The translations under genes and the position numbers were made by a program. Below, one piece after another: positions 36,506 to 39,804 of a stretch of 39,804 nt of DNA (the first letter of the stretch is position 1; each line of letters starts with the position of its first letter). The stretch is taken from positions 1 through 39,804 of the forward strand of contig JAGHHB010000026.1 in assembly GCA_017887885.1 (NCBI GenBank). The letters are read 5' to 3'. The notes below the pieces were generated by a model, which saw only the letters and a program-made list of their open reading frames with translations, was not told the origin of the DNA and made no database searches. Source of the DNA: Bacilli bacterium. Its GTDB lineage: Bacteria > Bacillota_I > Bacilli_A > RF39 > UBA660.

Positions 36506-38476
36506 ATGAAAATAAAGAAAATATTAGAAAATATTAAAAAAAATATTAAAATAATTAAAAAAAATCATCTATTAGTAGTTTTTTTTATTGCTTATAACTT
36601 AATTAATGCTACTATTTTGAGATTAGTTACGGTAAATACCTTAACAATATCTCCTTTTTTAGTAGATTTAAGTTTTTTACTTATTATTTCAGAAGTTGCT
36701 CTTCTTTTCAAACGTTCTAGAAGAATTAATTACTTTATGATTGTCACTATTATTCTAACTATAGTGTGTATAATTAATAGTATTTATTACCATTATTATA
36801 GCTCGTTTGCTTCTTTTTCCCTTTTAGCTACTGCTGCTTTTGCTGCCGATGTTGGAGATGCTATTGTCGAAAAAGTTATGCAAACAATAGATTTTATATA
36901 CATATTATCACCAATTTGCCTTTATCTATCATATCGTTTTTTAAAGAAAAAGAGGTATTTTGAGAAACCAGTGAAGCAAGAGCAAAAAAAAGTTGCCAAA
37001 AAATTATCTTTATCAGCATTAGGTTTGTTTATTTTAGGCGGAATATTTATGCCCATTAACTCTTGGGCTAGACTTTTTAAATTATGGAACCGCGAAGCTG
37101 TCGTTATGAGTTATGGAATTTATTTCTATCAATTAGATGATTTCATTCAAAGCTTAACACCGCAAATAAATAACTTATTTGGTCATGATAGTGCTCTAAA
37201 AACAGTATCCGATTATTATACAGAAAATCAAAAAGAATCACCTCCTAATCAGTTTACTAATATTTTTAAAGGTAAAAACGTAATCGTTATTCATGCCGAA
37301 AGCATGCAAACTTTTCCTATGAAGTTAAAATTTAATGGAGAAGAAGTAACTCCTAATCTAAATAAATTAGCTAGTGAAGGAATATTTTTTAGTAATTTCT
37401 ATTCTCAAGTTGGTGTTGGAACCAGCAGTGATGCCGAATTTACCTTTAATACTTCGCTTATGCCTTCCACGAGAGGAACTGTTTTTGTCAATTATTTCAA
37501 TAGACAATATATTGCTCTTCCTAAATTACTAAAAGAACAAGGCTATTATACCTATAGTATGCATGCCAATACTGGCGATTTTTGGAATCGAAATACAATG
37601 CATCAAAATCTTGGCTATGACCAATTTTATAGTAAAAACTCTTATGTGATAGATGAAACTATCGGTTTAGGTCTTTCAGATAAATCTTTCTTTAATCAGT
37701 CTGTGGAAATTATGAAAAAAGTTAAAGAAACAGAAGAAGGTCCTTTCTATAGTTTACTAATTACTTTAACTAATCATACGCCCTTTAGTGATTTAGAACT
37801 TATCGATGAATTTCCTACTACTATAGATGTAAAAATAGAAAATAAAACCATAACTAGGGAGTATCTAAACAATACGACAATGGGCAATTATTTACGATCT
37901 GTTCATTATGCTGATGAAGCGATAGGAGAATTTATTGATAAATTAGATGATGAAGGTCTATTAGAAAATACTGTCATAATGATATATGGCGATCATGATG
38001 CCAGAATAAGTTATAATGATTTTAATCTGCTATATAATTATGACCCTATAGAAGATCGTATTTTAACAGAAGAAGATGAAAATTATATAGTATATAACAA
38101 ATATACTTATGAGTTAGATAGAAAAGTCCCATTTATTATTTGGACAAAAGATGAAAATTTTAATTTACAAGTTGATCTTCCTATGGGGATGATTGATGTT
38201 CTACCAACAATTGGTAATATGTTAGGAATTAAGAGCGACTATCAATTAGGTACCGATATATTTAGTATTGAAGAAGATAATACAGTAGTTTTTGTTGATG
38301 GATCATTCCTAACGTCTAAAGTTTATTATAATGGCTCTAAAAATGAAATATACGCTATAAATAATGAACCAATAAATGAAGATTATATAAAGGAGCAAGC
38401 TGAAAAAGCTTCCAAGATTATCGAGATATCTAATGATATTATTAGTTACGATTTAATAAAGGAACTAGAATCTTAA
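36506..38476 (+). CDS. LTA synthase (LtaS/sulfatase) family protein
   Basis: About five N-terminal TMs; IHAESMQ, GTSSDAEF, TNHTPF, YGDH. Confidence 0.93.
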   Translation: MKIKKILENIKKNIKIIKKNHLLVVFFIAYNLINATILRLVTVNTLTISPFLVDLSFLLIISEVALLFKRSRRINYFMIVTIILTIVCIINSIYYHYYSSFASFSLLATAAFAADVGDAIVEKVMQTIDFIYILSPICLYLSYRFLKKKRYFEKPVKQEQKKVAKKLSLSALGLFILGGIFMPINSWARLFKLWNREAVVMSYGIYFYQLDDFIQSLTPQINNLFGHDSALKTVSDYYTENQKESPPNQFTNIFKGKNVIVIHAESMQTFPMKLKFNGEEVTPNLNKLASEGIFFSNFYSQVGVGTSSDAEFTFNTSLMPSTRGTVFVNYFNRQYIALPKLLKEQGYYTYSMHANTGDFWNRNTMHQNLGYDQFYSKNSYVIDETIGLGLSDKSFFNQSVEIMKKVKETEEGPFYSLLITLTNHTPFSDLELIDEFPTTIDVKIENKTITREYLNNTTMGNYLRSVHYADEAIGEFIDKLDDEGLLENTVIMIYGDHDARISYNDFNLLYNYDPIEDRILTEEDENYIVYNKYTYELDRKVPFIIWTKDENFNLQVDLPMGMIDVLPTIGNMLGIKSDYQLGTDIFSIEEDNTVVFVDGSFLTSKVYYNGSKNEIYAINNEPINEDYIKEQAEKASKIIEISNDIISYDLIKELES

Positions 38477-38530
38477 ATACTACTCATGAGTTTTGATAAA
38501 ATAATTTAAATTAAGAAAGAGGAATAAAAA

Positions 38531-39253
38531 ATGATAAAATTTATAGTATGTGAAGATAATAATGATGCATTAGAAAGAGCAACTCAAACGGTCACTAAAG
38601 CAATGATGAATTATGATGTAGAGTACAAAGTATATAAATTCACAAAATATACAAAAGAATTAAAAGATTTAATAAATGATGATCGCGATACTAAAATTTA
38701 TATTCTAGATATAGAGCTACCTTCAATAAGCGGTCTTGAAATAGCTTCTGAAATAAGAGAAACTGATGATGATAGTACAATAATATTTGTGACAGCTCAT
38801 TCAGATTGTAAAAACGATATATTTTATTCAAGACTAAAAGCTATTGATTTCATATCAAAATATCACCGCTACCAAGAAAGACTCTGTCAAACTATTGAAC
38901 ATGTTATGAAAAAAATGTTTCGTAATAAAAAGTTAGAATTTTCATACAATCATGTATATAATAAAATACTACTCAAGGAGATTAATTTTATCGAAAAGAT
39001 GCCTTCGCAAAATAAATGCATAATCCATATGACAAATGATGATAAAAAATTTATAATATCGACAATTTCTAAATTAAAGAAAGAATTACAACCACTATTT
39101 TTTCAAACTCACAAAGCTTGTATAGTTAATTTATCAAATATAAAATATATTGACTATGCTAATTATAATATATATTTTAAAAATGGCCAAACTACGAACT
39201 TATTAACTCCTACGGCAAGAAAGGAATTGAAAGAGAATGTCAGAAATTATTAA
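38531..39253 (+). CDS. LytTR-family response regulator (AgrA-like)
   Basis: Receiver CEDN, LDIELP, VTAH, FISK; LytTR FFQTHKACIVN. Confidence 0.92.
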   Translation: MIKFIVCEDNNDALERATQTVTKAMMNYDVEYKVYKFTKYTKELKDLINDDRDTKIYILDIELPSISGLEIASEIRETDDDSTIIFVTAHSDCKNDIFYSRLKAIDFISKYHRYQERLCQTIEHVMKKMFRNKKLEFSYNHVYNKILLKEINFIEKMPSQNKCIIHMTNDDKKFIISTISKLKKELQPLFFQTHKACIVNLSNIKYIDYANYNIYFKNGQTTNLLTPTARKELKENVRNY

Positions 39254-39804
39254 TGCATTTATAAGCTGTTCTATATTCATGCTATCATTATATGCCTTTG
39301 GTATGATTATTTTTGATGAAAAAGAAGAAGGAAAGAGATTAAGAAACATAATATTCTTTATCTTGGGCTGCATATTACACACACTAATAGTTTTGTATCT
39401 AGACAATACTCTGAAAACCATGTCATCATGCTTACTATATATCATCTTATTTAAAATAATGTTTAATTTAGGCTTTACTAAAGCTGTTTTTGCTGCCATT
39501 ATATATGCAATATTGGCAATTATACCAGATTTAATTGTTACAGCTACTACTATTCATGTCCTCAATATAGCAAAAGAATATTTTTATGAAAGTCTCGCTG
39601 GAGGAGTAGTTTGTAATGTTTCAGTCAGCCTAATGGTAGTGGCATTATCGCTATTATTAAAAAAGCCATTAAGAAGATTGATCAACTATGACTTATCTGC
39701 TAATAAAAAGATCGTATTTATTTCAGCATTAACGATAGTATTTGTTGGACTATTTTTCTATAAATTTGCTGTAAGGTATGAAATTAGTAATGACGTATTA
39801 ATAT
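39237..39804 (+). CDS. Multi-TM N-terminus of a probable AgrC-like GHKL sensor kinase; runs off the window edge
   Basis: Open frame from ATG 39237 (MSEIINAFISCSIFMLSLYAFGMIIF...) to the end of the window, many hydrophobic helices, overlaps the regulator stop. Kinase domain is not visible, so the product is inferred from context. Confidence 0.65.
   Translation, partial: MSEIINAFISCSIFMLSLYAFGMIIFDEKEEGKRLRNIIFFILGCILHTLIVLYLDNTLKTMSSCLLYIILFKIMFNLGFTKAVFAAIIYAILAIIPDLIVTATTIHVLNIAKEYFYESLAGGVVCNVSVSLMVVALSLLLKKPLRRLINYDLSANKKIVFISALTIVFVGLFFYKFAVRYEISNDVLI

Noticed and set aside
3472-39499. Shadow ORFs in the track (3472-3723, 3950-4249, 5557-5754, 8812-9039, 16241-16426, 17244-17480, 20059-20253, 20858-21092, 22466-22693, 24758-25060, 25502-25735, 25817-26206, 26803-27141, 27576-28947, 33310-33495, 35521-36150, 39203-39499)
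   Set aside because: They overlap well-supported genes antisense or out of frame, have no recognisable motifs, and show the Phe/Leu/Ser/Ile bias expected from reverse-complemented AT-rich coding DNA.

Overview
Very AT-rich chromosomal window from a low-GC Firmicute. Gene content suggests a small-genome, walled, spore-forming Bacilli lineage, possibly RF39-like (inference only). It is mostly housekeeping. The left 25 kb is almost all on the minus strand: parA-parB, csp, CPBP protease, dnaB-dnaI-small tail-anchored ORF-dnaE-gmk, a P-loop nucleoside/nucleotide kinase, a degenerate HD protein, an archaeal/type-2-like valS, membrane and sporulation genes, rmuC, a nucleotidyltransferase, hpf and secA; prsA is the only plus-strand gene there. 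The right 15 kb is all plus strand: rpmH-rnpA-yidC-jag-mnmE-mnmG-rsmG-noc, spoIIR, mntP/ytaF, murA, an SGNH protein, rpmE, an LTA synthase-family gene and an Agr-like LytTR regulator/kinase pair. The ORF track missed several genes: a tyrosine integrase at the left edge, preceded by att-like repeats directly after the secA stop; two tandem YjcZ-family sporulation micropeptides; rpmH; and the 5' part of the sensor kinase. The most notable unexplained signals are (i) a ~160-nt fully structured orphan RNA candidate between gmk and the kinase gene, (ii) a ~50-nt sigmaG/F-type orphan sRNA candidate, (iii) a promoter-inside-terminator, RBS-sequestering hairpin found at two forespore genes, (iv) an origin-like strand switch at rpmH where parAB replaces dnaA and no DnaA-box cluster is visible, and (v) an integrative element apparently targeting the 3' end of secA. 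All calls were made by eye; no database search was run.
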